From positions 32,001 through 96,000 of the IMG/VR virus record IMGVR_UViG_2511231106_000004: 64,000 bases of DNA, one strand, 5' to 3'. The notes under the pieces were generated by a model that ran no database searches, was not told the DNA's origin, and saw nothing but the letters and a program-made list of their open reading frames with translations. Each line of letters starts with the position of its first letter. The first letter of the stretch is position 1. The DNA is from a virus. Its lineage: Duplodnaviria; Caudoviricetes. Positions 18,928 to 28,001 of this stretch are shown one piece after another. A program made the position numbers and the translations under genes.

Positions 18928-18984
18928 GTCTTTATTATTCCCTTTTCTCGTGATTCTATCATACCACGAAGGGCCTGTTGAATT

Positions 18985-19437
18985 CTAGTGTTTCGCTACT
19001 GCATTTTCCTGCAATGTACTGCGCTCCTCCAAAATTTTTTCAACGGCCGCCACCCCATCACTGTGGACGGCGTAGATCCACCGGATCCCTTTGCCCATGC
19101 TCCGGGCAATGTCCTCCCAGGCATCGAAGTGGATGTACCGGTCCCGGAGGACCAGCCGCTGGGCTTCGTCTTCCACCCGGTCGATGACCTGGCCAATCTC
19201 ATACTTCAGGTCCACCAGCCGGTCCACTTCCCGGTTGATTTCCTGCTCCCGCTCCCAGATCTTCTCGATGGTCCGGACGAAGGGGGCTTCCGTGGGCCGG
19301 TTGGGGTTGTGGCTTTCTTCCAGCCCGGCTGCTGAGATGCCCAGGCAAAGATGCCGGAGCTCGGCCACTTCCCGAAGATTGCTCTCTATTTTCTTATCCA
19401 GGTAGAATCCCTGTTGCAAGTACTCTTTCGCGTTCAT
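18985..19437 (-). CDS. ArpU/RinA-like late transcriptional activator (DUF1492-like)
   Basis: 'MNAKEYLQQ', 'LRDRYI...WEDIA..M...R.IY..H'; last gene before HNH/terminase. Confidence 0.8.
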   Translation of the reverse strand: MNAKEYLQQGFYLDKKIESNLREVAELRHLCLGISAAGLEESHNPNRPTEAPFVRTIEKIWEREQEINREVDRLVDLKYEIGQVIDRVEDEAQRLVLRDRYIHFDAWEDIARSMGKGIRWIYAVHSDGVAAVEKILEERSTLQENAVAKH

Positions 19438-20788
19438 GCTTTTCCCTCCAAATCCGCTTTGACGGCTTCAATGAGATCCGCCTGGGAACTGTCTTTCTTC
19501 TCCAGGGCCTTCAGGATCCGTTCGTCCATGGTGCCTTTCGTCACAATGTGCTGGACGATCACCGTCCGGCTGGTTTGTCCCTGCCGCCAGAGCCGGGCCA
19601 CCGTCTGCTGGTAGAGTTCCAAACTCCAGGTGAGCCCGAACCAGATCAGGATGGACCCGCCCTGCTGCAGGTTGAGGCCGTGCCCGGCAGAAGCCGGATG
19701 GATCAGGGCCACCGGGATCTTCCCGGCGTTCCAGTCGGCAAAGTCCCTGCTCTCCTTCAGTTCCCTGGCTTCCATCCTCTGACAGATCCGTTCCCGGTCG
19801 TGCCGGAACCAGTAGGCCACAAGGACCGGCCGGCCATTGGCGCTTTCCACCAGGTCTTCCAGGGCATCAAGCTTTCGGTCATGGAGATGGATGGTCTTTC
19901 CGTCATCGGTGTAGATGGCTCCGTTGGCCATTTGGGTCAACTTCAGCGTAAGGGAGGCCGCATTGGCTGCCGTCACCTCGCCTCCCGGCAGTTCCAGCAC
20001 GAGAGACTTTTTGAAGTCATTATACCGCTTCCGCTCCGAGTCCGAAAGATTAACCTCGGTTTTCACACGCACCAGGTCCGGCATCTGCAAATAGTCTGTG
20101 GCCTTCATGGACACGGTGATGTCCGCGATCTTTTTGTAGATGGCGTCCTCTGCTCCCGGCAAGGGCTTGTAGGAAAACACCACCATCCCGTTCCGTTTGT
20201 CCGGCTGGAAATAGGTGTTCCGGTACTGGCTGATGTATCTCCCCAGCCGCTCTCCCATGTCCAGGAGCCGGAACTCCGCCCACAGGTCCATAAGGCCGTT
20301 GCCGCTGGGAGTCCCCGTGAGGCCCACGATCCGTTTCACCTTGGGCCGCAGGGCCTTCATGGCTTTGAACCGCTGGGCCTGCTGGTTCTTGAAAGAAGAC
20401 AGTTCGTCCAGGACCACCATATCAAAATCCAGCCGGCAGTTCTTGCAAAGCCACACCAGGTTCTCCCGGTTCACGATGTAAAGGTCTGCTGGCTTCTGGA
20501 GAGCCCGCCGCCGTTCCGTCACGGACCCTACCACCACGCTGCAGGTGAGCTCCTTCAGGTGGTCCCATTTCCGGAGTTCTTCCGGCCAAGTATCTCTCGC
20601 TACTCTGAGGGGGGCCACGATCAAAACCCGGTGGACTTCAAAGGAGTCATACATCAAATCCCGAATAGCCGTCAAGGTCGTCACCGTCTTGCCGAACCTA
20701 AGCCCATATCCAGCAGGAGAGCCGTCACCGGGTGGGTCTTGATGTACTCGATGGCATAGGTCTGGTATGCATGGGGTATGAACTTCAT
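19434..20788 (-). pseudogene. SNF2-family helicase, frameshifted in Walker A
   Basis: ATG 20788 frame (MKFIPHAYQ...LLDMGLG) stops at 20681; GKTVTTL...VVLDELS...QQTVARLWRQG continues in another frame; 5 extra nt at 20694-20698. Confidence 0.8.
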
Positions 20789-21087
20789 TGGGCATCACCT
20801 CCTTCCGCGATGGTCTGCAGCAGCCCGGGGATATCTTCCAGGGCATCCAGGACGAACATCCGGAACCCCAGCTCCCGAAGCTTTTCGTGCCTTTTCACCT
20901 GCAGAACCCGTGGTTTCTTCCCCGGTGCCTTCACTTCCACAAAGGCCAGCTTCCCACCAGGAAGAAGGACCAGCCGGTCCGGCATGCCGGAAAAGGAAGG
21001 GGAAACGAACTTCACAGCCAGTCCGCCTTTCTTCCTCGTTTCCGTCACCAGCTTCAGTTCTACTTGTTTCTCATTTAAAAAGGACAT
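20785..21087 (-). CDS. VRR-NUC domain nuclease
   Basis: 'KFVSPSFSGMPDRLVLLPGG..AFVEVKAPG'. Confidence 0.92.
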   Translation of the reverse strand: MSFLNEKQVELKLVTETRKKGGLAVKFVSPSFSGMPDRLVLLPGGKLAFVEVKAPGKKPRVLQVKRHEKLRELGFRMFVLDALEDIPGLLQTIAEGGDAQ

Positions 21088-21394
21088 CTGCTGCCTCCTT
21101 TGCCTTTGCCATCACTTCCGCATCCACCGGGGTTCTGGGTTCATGCTTCAGGTCTCCGTAAAACACATTCAGATAGTCATTGCTGACTTCCGGATGGTCA
21201 TGGAACATATTGTCTTCCGCCCGGGACCGCACTTCATCAATCTTTTGCAGGACCCGCATGAATTTGTCCGTATCCGTAGACAAAAGGACCTGAGACATGT
21301 GGATGGCAAGATTTCCACCCAATGTCCGGAACAGCCGCATTTCGGCTCCCACCAGTTTGTACAGTTCAATCGTCCGTTCTTTCTTGTTGATCAT
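21071..21394 (-). CDS. Hypothetical protein
   Basis: AAGGAGG RBS, 107-aa ORF overlapping the VRR-NUC start. Confidence 0.65.
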   Translation of the reverse strand: MINKKERTIELYKLVGAEMRLFRTLGGNLAIHMSQVLLSTDTDKFMRVLQKIDEVRSRAEDNMFHDHPEVSNDYLNVFYGDLKHEPRTPVDAEVMAKAKEAADVLFK

Positions 21395-21417
21395 CGCTTT
21401 TCCTCCTTCAGTATGGG

Positions 21418-21875
21418 AGTGACGGTGGTGACACTCTTCAACATACCCTCTCTATAGATCCTTTTTTAAAATCTTCTTTAGGACTTTCAGGTGAGAGTGT
21501 CACTACTGTCACTTTTCATAAGGTGCAGGTGGTGAAGGTCTCCAGCATACCTTTATATAGAACTCTTTTAAAAATTCTTCTTTAGGACTGTCAGTAGTAG
21601 ACCTGCACCCACCTGCACCTTTTAGATTTTTCCATAAATCCCATGGGGTGCAGGTGGTGAAGGTCTTCAACATACCTTTATATAGAACTTCTTAAAAAAT
21701 TCTTCTTTAGGACTGTCAGTAGTAGACCTGCACCCACCTGCACCTTTTAGATTTTTCCATAAATCCCATGGGGTGCAGGTGGTGAAGGTCTTCAACATAC
21801 CTTTATATAGAACTTCTTAAAAAATTCTTCTTTAGGACTGTCAGTAGTAGACCTGCACCCACCTGCACCTTTTAG
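21418..21875. repeat. Tandem 125-bp palindromic repeats (3 near-identical + 1 diverged copy); candidate replication origin
   Basis: GGTGCAGGTGGTGAAGGTC starts at 21522, 21647 and 21772; each unit closes with the inverted GACCTGCACCCACCTGCACC around an AT-rich core; diverged copy 21418-21513. Confidence 0.92.
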
Positions 21876-24160
21876 TCCAGAAAATCCTGTCCTTCTTTCA
21901 ACCGCAGCCCGTGAACAACGATTCCTTTCTTCGTCTTGTGACGGAAGAACCCCGCCTTCTCCAGATTCCCATAGAAATCCGAAGTGCTTCTGGTGTATTC
22001 ACCCGTCTGCATACAGACGATCCGGTACTGCTGGTACAAATCCCCCGACTTCTCCGTGAAGGAGGGATCCACGTCACAATGGGCGTCCAGGAATTGTCCC
22101 AGCCAATCGTTGTCCTCCCGGTATTTCTCTACCGCTTTCCGCACGGCTTCCGGTTCCTCAATCTTGAACTTCTTCCGGATGGCAGCTTCCGCGCCTTCAA
22201 TGACCCACTTCAAAATGGCCGGCCCGGCTTGTTCGAACAGGTAGTCCGAATAGTTCTTGATGTCGTTTTTCCGGGTAATCCTGGCGTTGAAGGGAATGAT
22301 AATCAGCCTCCGCCAGGTGCCGTCATCGTTGGCGGCCACTTTCGGCAGGTGGTTGGTGTAAAGGACCAGTGTGTGGGAGGGGACGAAATGGAAGGGAGTC
22401 TTGAACTTCTTCTCCGCTTCGATGGCGTCCACAGAACAGATCTGCTTCACCATCCCCGTATTGAGCCGCTGGCCTTCTTCCAGTTCGGAAGCGATGATCA
22501 GCCGCTTCCCTTTCAGTTCTGCAATTTCCGGTTTTACGTTTCGCCGGCAGTTCATGGTCATGGTCTCGGCGGAAATCTTGCCGGAATACAACCCCAGCAC
22601 CCTGGCGATGGTGTTCCAGAAGGTAGATTTCCCGTTGGCCCCGCCGCCATAGGCGATAATCATCTGTTCGGCATAGACTCGGCCCACTGCGGCCATCCCC
22701 ACGATCTGCTGCACGTACCGGATCAGCTCCTGGTCCTTGCAGAAAAACAGGTCCAGGCTTTCCTGCCACATGTTTCCTCCCTGGGTTCCGGGAGAGCAGG
22801 CAGTGACTTTGGTGATCATGTCATCCGGGTCATGGGGCCGTTTTCCATGCATCCCTTTGGAAAGGTCGTAGGTGGCTTCCGGGGTGTTCAAAAGTTCCGG
22901 ATCATAGTCCAGCTCGGAAACATCCAGGGCCAGCATGGGGGTGGCGGCATTCTGGACATTGAGGATGTTCTTGTAGTTCCGGTTTTTCATGACGAATTTC
23001 TTGTAAGCATCCGCGCTGAGAAGTGCCGTCAGCAAATGGCCTTTTTCCCCGGGAATCTGGTTGGCCAGGGTCTTGCTTCTGGACTTCACGTCTTCCCGGG
23101 AGATCCCGATGGCGGTCAGGTCATCTTCTGCCTGGCGGATCTTTTCTTCTGCGTCTGCCAGCTGGTCATCCATAAAGTCCTCGATGACGCCCAGAGGCTT
23201 ATGTTCATCTTCATCCCAGTGATTACCCACGTAGGCGATGTACTTCGTAGCACTGGTGTACCGAAGGCGTCCCATACAGGTCCGGGCCAGGACTTTGGCT
23301 TCCCCGATATCCGAGAAGTCATCCGGCTGGAGGGACGGATGGCCAACAGCTTTGTTGTATTCATCCGGGGGCACATACCCCTCGCTTTGCTGGATTTTGT
23401 TCCGGAAGAACTTCAGGGCACTTTTCCAGATGGTGTCCAGCTCTTTTTCCGGAAGCCGCGGTTCGCAATTCTCAGCCCGCTGCAGGTAGGCTTCGTAGGC
23501 TTTTTCCGTATCCCCATACCGCTTCAGCACCCGGCCGGCAAAGTGGGACATGGTGTTGTTCCGGTTGCCTTCCGGGATAGAACTCCCGGTATAGAAGGGA
23601 GGTTCCGTCTGGTCGGGTTCCAAAGGTCCCAGGCCGGCCAGAAAATCCGTGATGGTTTGCTTCTCTTCCTGCCATAAGATAGCTTCCGGCACCACTTCCG
23701 TGCCATACAGGAACCGGGCTGCATCCAGAGCCTGGGCGTCGAAGAAGGGAAACTCTTCCCGGATCCCCTGCTTCAGGGCCGTATAGGCTTTTTCGTCCTG
23801 CACTTCGGTGATGGGAAAATACGCATGGAACCGGGGCCGGGCTTTCCGGCCTTCCTTGGCTTTCCCGCTATTCCGGGACGGGACGATGACCACAGCCACG
23901 TTTGGCAGCATGGCAAGGAGCTTTTCTCCCGTCACCCACTCCTTCGGATTTTCCGTATGGTCGTTGTCGCAGTCCATCACCGCCACATCGGAAGCCAGGA
24001 AGTTATCCCGGCTCCGGTAGTTGTCCTTATAGGCCGCACAAACGTGGTCGAAAGCAGCAGCCGTCCCCAGTTCCCTGCTGCTTGTGATGACTGCTTTATT
24101 AGGATATATGGCATTTCGTTCGTTGCCGGTACAGTCAGCCGTGTAAATCGTAAATCTCAT
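21872..24160 (-). CDS. P4-family (D5-like) primase-SF3 helicase
   Basis: 'DCDNDH' and 'RPRFH' primase motifs, 'IPEGNRNNT' PriCT region, 'GGGANGKST' Walker A, 'LYTNHLP', 'GTWRR'. Confidence 0.93.
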   Translation of the reverse strand: MRFTIYTADCTGNERNAIYPNKAVITSSRELGTAAAFDHVCAAYKDNYRSRDNFLASDVAVMDCDNDHTENPKEWVTGEKLLAMLPNVAVVIVPSRNSGKAKEGRKARPRFHAYFPITEVQDEKAYTALKQGIREEFPFFDAQALDAARFLYGTEVVPEAILWQEEKQTITDFLAGLGPLEPDQTEPPFYTGSSIPEGNRNNTMSHFAGRVLKRYGDTEKAYEAYLQRAENCEPRLPEKELDTIWKSALKFFRNKIQQSEGYVPPDEYNKAVGHPSLQPDDFSDIGEAKVLARTCMGRLRYTSATKYIAYVGNHWDEDEHKPLGVIEDFMDDQLADAEEKIRQAEDDLTAIGISREDVKSRSKTLANQIPGEKGHLLTALLSADAYKKFVMKNRNYKNILNVQNAATPMLALDVSELDYDPELLNTPEATYDLSKGMHGKRPHDPDDMITKVTACSPGTQGGNMWQESLDLFFCKDQELIRYVQQIVGMAAVGRVYAEQMIIAYGGGANGKSTFWNTIARVLGLYSGKISAETMTMNCRRNVKPEIAELKGKRLIIASELEEGQRLNTGMVKQICSVDAIEAEKKFKTPFHFVPSHTLVLYTNHLPKVAANDDGTWRRLIIIPFNARITRKNDIKNYSDYLFEQAGPAILKWVIEGAEAAIRKKFKIEEPEAVRKAVEKYREDNDWLGQFLDAHCDVDPSFTEKSGDLYQQYRIVCMQTGEYTRSTSDFYGNLEKAGFFRHKTKKGIVVHGLRLKEGQDFLD

Positions 24161-24585
24161 CTTTCTGCCTCCTCGAGGGTTTCGTTAAAGAATCTCAGCC
24201 GATAGTTCTTCCATCTGGCCCGCCGAATCTCCGCATCCATGCCAGGAGATATGGTATCCCCGAACACCCACACTTCCCGGCAAAGGCCCATCAGGATGTT
24301 GCCGAAATGGAGCCCTGCCTCCCGTTCCTTTGGATCCCGGTCATCCAGGAACTGGGGAAAGAGGAGATGCGGAGCCAAGGGCAGGTACCCTTCTTCAAAG
24401 GCAAAGCGGCAGTACCGCCTTGCTGCCAGGATATTTTTATCCGTTGCCCCGGAATACGGGGAACAGATATATACGAGAGGCCGGTAAGCCCGGAGTGCCT
24501 TCCGCTGGGCTCCGACAGCACTGAGGGCTCTCTGCGGAGTCGGATCCGGATAGTGTTCCTGGTTAAATTTCTCCACTGTCGCCAC
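24157..24585 (-). CDS. DUF4406-like (nucleoside deoxyribosyltransferase-like) protein
   Basis: 'PLVYICSPYSG', 'APHLLFPQFLDD', 'EVWVFG..ISPGM..EI'. Confidence 0.82.
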   Translation of the reverse strand: MATVEKFNQEHYPDPTPQRALSAVGAQRKALRAYRPLVYICSPYSGATDKNILAARRYCRFAFEEGYLPLAPHLLFPQFLDDRDPKEREAGLHFGNILMGLCREVWVFGDTISPGMDAEIRRARWKNYRLRFFNETLEEAER

Positions 24586-25360
24586 GCCCCTTTTCGATAA
24601 GCGGATAGTTGCCTTCGGACGTCATCAGCTGATAAATAAACAGTCGTCCCTTCTGGGTCCAGTACATATAAGTGCGGTTATGGGGAATGCCATAGCTATC
24701 GGGAACACTGTATGTCTTGGTGCTGGTGTACCCCATGGGAGCGTATTTCTGGTAGAGCAGCCATATTTTTCCCTGCTTGTACTGGATTCCGTGTTCATGG
24801 AGCCAGTTATTCATATGCCGGGCAGACCATCCATAATCCTTTGCAATGACCGAAGTCGGAACCAGATCTTTGCATTGAAGGACCAGATCGTAGTAGCTTG
24901 CCTTCGGCTGGAGCTCTGCGATCTGCTGCTTCTGAGCAGCTGCCAAAAGTTCCATGGATTCACGCCGTTCCCGTTCTTCCTTGAGCTTAGTAAAGACTGC
25001 AATGGCAAGGTCCGGATTATCAAGGATAGCTTCCGTTGCATACAGACCGGATTGGCGGATAGAAGGAATGACTTTGTGTGTTACCCATCTTTTAAATGCC
25101 CTGGCTTCAGGTTTCCGGCTGCTGAGAATCAGGGTGTAGAGTCCCGGCTCATTCACAACACGTTTTTCCGGATTGCCAGGAATACCCTCGGTTAAAACTA
25201 GGGTATTCTTTTCATCGTCATCCAGCCTCGAAAGAGCATCGCTGGGGTTGGCAATACCAAGGATGCGGCACACATCGGCGGCCACGAACCATGGCTCTCC
25301 GTTCACAACAGCTGTCCGCACATCCATCCCGTTATAAATGAAGTCTTTTGTTGTAGTCAT
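24563..25360 (-). CDS. Phage antirepressor (BRO-N + ANT/KilAC)
   Basis: 'GEPWFVAADVC', 'NEPGLY.LILSSRKPEA..FKRWV', 'IAKDYG', 'WTQKGRLFIY'. Confidence 0.92.
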   Translation of the reverse strand: MTTTKDFIYNGMDVRTAVVNGEPWFVAADVCRILGIANPSDALSRLDDDEKNTLVLTEGIPGNPEKRVVNEPGLYTLILSSRKPEARAFKRWVTHKVIPSIRQSGLYATEAILDNPDLAIAVFTKLKEERERRESMELLAAAQKQQIAELQPKASYYDLVLQCKDLVPTSVIAKDYGWSARHMNNWLHEHGIQYKQGKIWLLYQKYAPMGYTSTKTYSVPDSYGIPHNRTYMYWTQKGRLFIYQLMTSEGNYPLIEKGRGDSGEI

Positions 25361-25423
25361 TTTGATGACCTCCTTGAAAGTAAGTTTGGAATTGTTTTCC
25401 TATTCATTAGCCAGGAGAACCCG

Positions 25424-26038
25424 TCAAATCTGACGGTTTCCAAAAAATTCCTGTAATTTTTTCTTTGCTCGCTTCAGCTTCTGGGTGATATTGTTTTCAT
25501 TGGCACCTGTTCTGGCAGCATATGCCCGGACGGATTCTCCATCGATATAGACAGCAATGACAGCTTCTGCCCATTCCGTTTTCTTGGCCAATGCGATCCT
25601 GATGGTTTGCTTGGTCTCTTCATCGCTGGCTTCGCGATCCCGTTCCACTTCATCCCGGCTCACAAGACTCATATCCGGCATTGCCTTTCCATTCCGTTTG
25701 CATCCGCTCCCAGCAACTGCACAACCGCAGGTATCAGGAGCATCTTCGATGGGATTCGCCAAGCTGATATCTTCTTCATCCCTTCCCTGATAATTCGGGA
25801 ACTCACTTCTTCTGCGGTGCTCCCTGTGCCAATCATTGTAGAGGGGTTTGTTGAAGTCTTCGTTCATGATTTCCTGGGCACTGCGCCGGGTAACTTTTTC
25901 CCCTTCCTTTGCCGCCTGTTTTCTCAGTTCGTAATCCCGCTCGATCATGATCTGACAGTCACCTTCAGGGACTTCCACTACCGTGACCACTGGTGCTTTC
26001 GATTCATCCCAACTGTAGTGTTTGACTCTGATTTTCAT
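25424..26038 (-). CDS. Sigma-70 region-4-like DNA-binding protein
   Basis: C-terminal 'IDGESVRAYAARTGANENNITQKLKRAKKKL' HTH; first gene of the leftward operon. Confidence 0.7.
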   Translation of the reverse strand: MKIRVKHYSWDESKAPVVTVVEVPEGDCQIMIERDYELRKQAAKEGEKVTRRSAQEIMNEDFNKPLYNDWHREHRRRSEFPNYQGRDEEDISLANPIEDAPDTCGCAVAGSGCKRNGKAMPDMSLVSRDEVERDREASDEETKQTIRIALAKKTEWAEAVIAVYIDGESVRAYAARTGANENNITQKLKRAKKKLQEFFGNRQI

Positions 26039-26040
26039 TT

Positions 26041-26289
26041 TTGGCATCCTTTCCGTCCGTGCCAGAGGACGAAGGGATGCCAAAAAGACCTGCAGGGAAT
26101 GTCCCCACAGGTCCCAAACGGCCAAAATGGCGCACGGAAACAAACGGTGGGGGCATTTCCATTCCTGCCCACCGCATCACTGCGGTGATCCAGAACTGTC
26201 TATGCATCCCATCGTCCTCATGCGCATCTCGGACAACAGAGATTTTTTTCGAGTGCCTGAGCACTCATATGGAAGCAGGACTGCCTGCT
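26041..26289 (-). ncRNA. Candidate structured 5' leader (about seven stem-loops) of the sigma-like gene
   Basis: Inverted repeats at 26041-26083, 26087-26113, 26145-26174, 26176-26189, 26226-26243, 26251-26266, 26274-26289. Confidence 0.45.
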
Positions 26290-26437
26290 GCCGTATCAAT
26301 GTTCAGACTATCCGTCCAGCTTTTGGAATACCCGCTTGCTGGTCGGTCATAATGAAATCGAACTTACTGATTGCAGATTATATTTCTGCATTTGCGGTAT
26401 TCAGATTCACAGCCACACAGAAAATTCCACACATGCA

Positions 26438-26446
26438 TGGTATAAT
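26438..26446 (+). promoter_or_regulatory. Extended -10 promoter for the plus-strand operon
   Basis: TGgTATAAT about 150 nt upstream of ATG 26597. Confidence 0.55.
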
Positions 26447-26515
26447 GTTAGAAAACCAGTAGTCACACTTCCTTCCACCTCCCGTCTTCAATTTCTGATT
26501 TCATCCTATTCTTGA

Positions 26516-26576
26516 TAAGGTTACTGTCAATCCGTAGTCCGGGTGGTTAAGGTTACTAACGATACTTAAGCTTACT
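26516..26576 (+). promoter_or_regulatory. Three direct repeats TAAG(G/C)TTACT, operator candidate
   Basis: Copies at 26516, 26548 and 26567, just upstream of the AGGAGG RBS. Confidence 0.5.
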
Positions 26577-26596
26577 TTTTTTCAGGAGGTACTGTT

Positions 26597-27988
26597 ATGC
26601 CCTCACAAAACAACTTCCACGTTCCCCATTTATGCGGTGGTATCCTGTTCAATCTTTTACTGGAAACAAGAAAAACACGCGGAAAAATCCGTGACAGGGC
26701 ACATGGCGGAACAGACGGTCTTTCTGATTTGGATGTATATATAGGACTTGTAAATGTTGTAGCTGGCAATGACTGGAAAGATGTTGACGGGACAACAAAA
26801 AATAAATGTGTATCTAACTATAAAAGGTGCGTGGACAGCACAGGTTCATATGTTCCTTTTACTGATGAGGTTTTTAGGAAAGCCTTCGATTCGGAATACA
26901 ATAAAAAAAGCCCTGCCCTCCTTGAAAGGATGGCAAGGTTCATAGAACAGTATTTGAGTCTTGAAAAGTGCAAGTGGCTTGGCAAAGCATTGATTGAAAT
27001 CATGCAAAAAGACCCTTCAATCAATGATGATGCCGAAATTGCTGTAGACTTTGGACAAAATATTTCTGTAAAAAAACTGCATGAGGCAAAGAACATTCAC
27101 TTTTTGCCTTTTTTCCTAAGCGTACTGCATTACGTAATCGATAATTGCCCTGACTGCGAATCCGGGCGGTCCACCTTTGAAACCTGGTATTGCCAAGTTG
27201 GTCCGAAAGCGCCATGGAAACCCAAACATGATGTACTCAGTAAACTCGGTGGCACCATCGGCGATATGGAAGTGTCAGTGAATCTGGAAGTTCAGAAAGC
27301 CATTACGATAAAAGATGCAGAACATAGAAATTCCGAGAGTACATCTTCTGCAGATGAATGCTCATCGGAAAAGCCAGATAAAAATAATGATATTCTTTCA
27401 TCCGAATCCCCGCTTTCCAACCGTGATACCACTCTTTTACCCCGGCTGGCGAAGGGATTCAACAAAATATTGAAGTTTGCCAAAGACACGGACCTCAGTA
27501 TAGAACGTATGCCTTCCGAAATTCTGAATACCTTTGAGACCCTGTATAATGAATGGAAGGATCAAGACACGGACTTTAAAGATCCGGAACTGAATAAATT
27601 GAAATATGACATTCTAAATACATTGTATTGGTATATCAACTTCTGGGGAACTCATCTTTGGCTCAACGATGATTCTGATTGCTTTGTCCACCTAAAAAAT
27701 ACGTACAAAGATTCCTGGAAAAAAGAAGGAGAACTTCGTCAGCAGGCCATGAAGGACAGAGAAGCTTTCACCCGTCTGCATGAAAGGCTTTGTCGGTATA
27801 TCATAGACTTTGATATCGATCTAAACAAAACTGAACCAGTTGAAGCCAAGGTCGTAGAAGAAACGCCGCCTCTGGAAAATAATCAAGGCGGCAGCCGGAC
27901 TACAATTATCGAGCACCAGACCAATATCGGCCACAGTGTGTCAAAGACATATAACATAAAGGACAGCACTGTCACATTTAATGATTAA
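26597..27988 (+). CDS. Hypothetical protein (463 aa) with C-terminal amyloid-like motif
   Basis: AGGAGG RBS; ends QTNIGHSVSKTYNIKDSTVTFND. Confidence 0.85.
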   Translation: MPSQNNFHVPHLCGGILFNLLLETRKTRGKIRDRAHGGTDGLSDLDVYIGLVNVVAGNDWKDVDGTTKNKCVSNYKRCVDSTGSYVPFTDEVFRKAFDSEYNKKSPALLERMARFIEQYLSLEKCKWLGKALIEIMQKDPSINDDAEIAVDFGQNISVKKLHEAKNIHFLPFFLSVLHYVIDNCPDCESGRSTFETWYCQVGPKAPWKPKHDVLSKLGGTIGDMEVSVNLEVQKAITIKDAEHRNSESTSSADECSSEKPDKNNDILSSESPLSNRDTTLLPRLAKGFNKILKFAKDTDLSIERMPSEILNTFETLYNEWKDQDTDFKDPELNKLKYDILNTLYWYINFWGTHLWLNDDSDCFVHLKNTYKDSWKKEGELRQQAMKDREAFTRLHERLCRYIIDFDIDLNKTEPVEAKVVEETPPLENNQGGSRTTIIEHQTNIGHSVSKTYNIKDSTVTFND

Positions 27989-28001
27989 GGAGAAACAATG
28001 T

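Noticed and set aside
19434-20846. Track ORF N-terminus MPWKISPG... as the true helicase start
   Set aside because: The first ~50 residues are out-of-frame sequence; the real N-terminus is at ATG 20788 in another frame.
21418-21875. CRISPR array
   Set aside because: Units are 125-bp near-identical tandem copies with no unique spacers, and there are no cas genes in the window.
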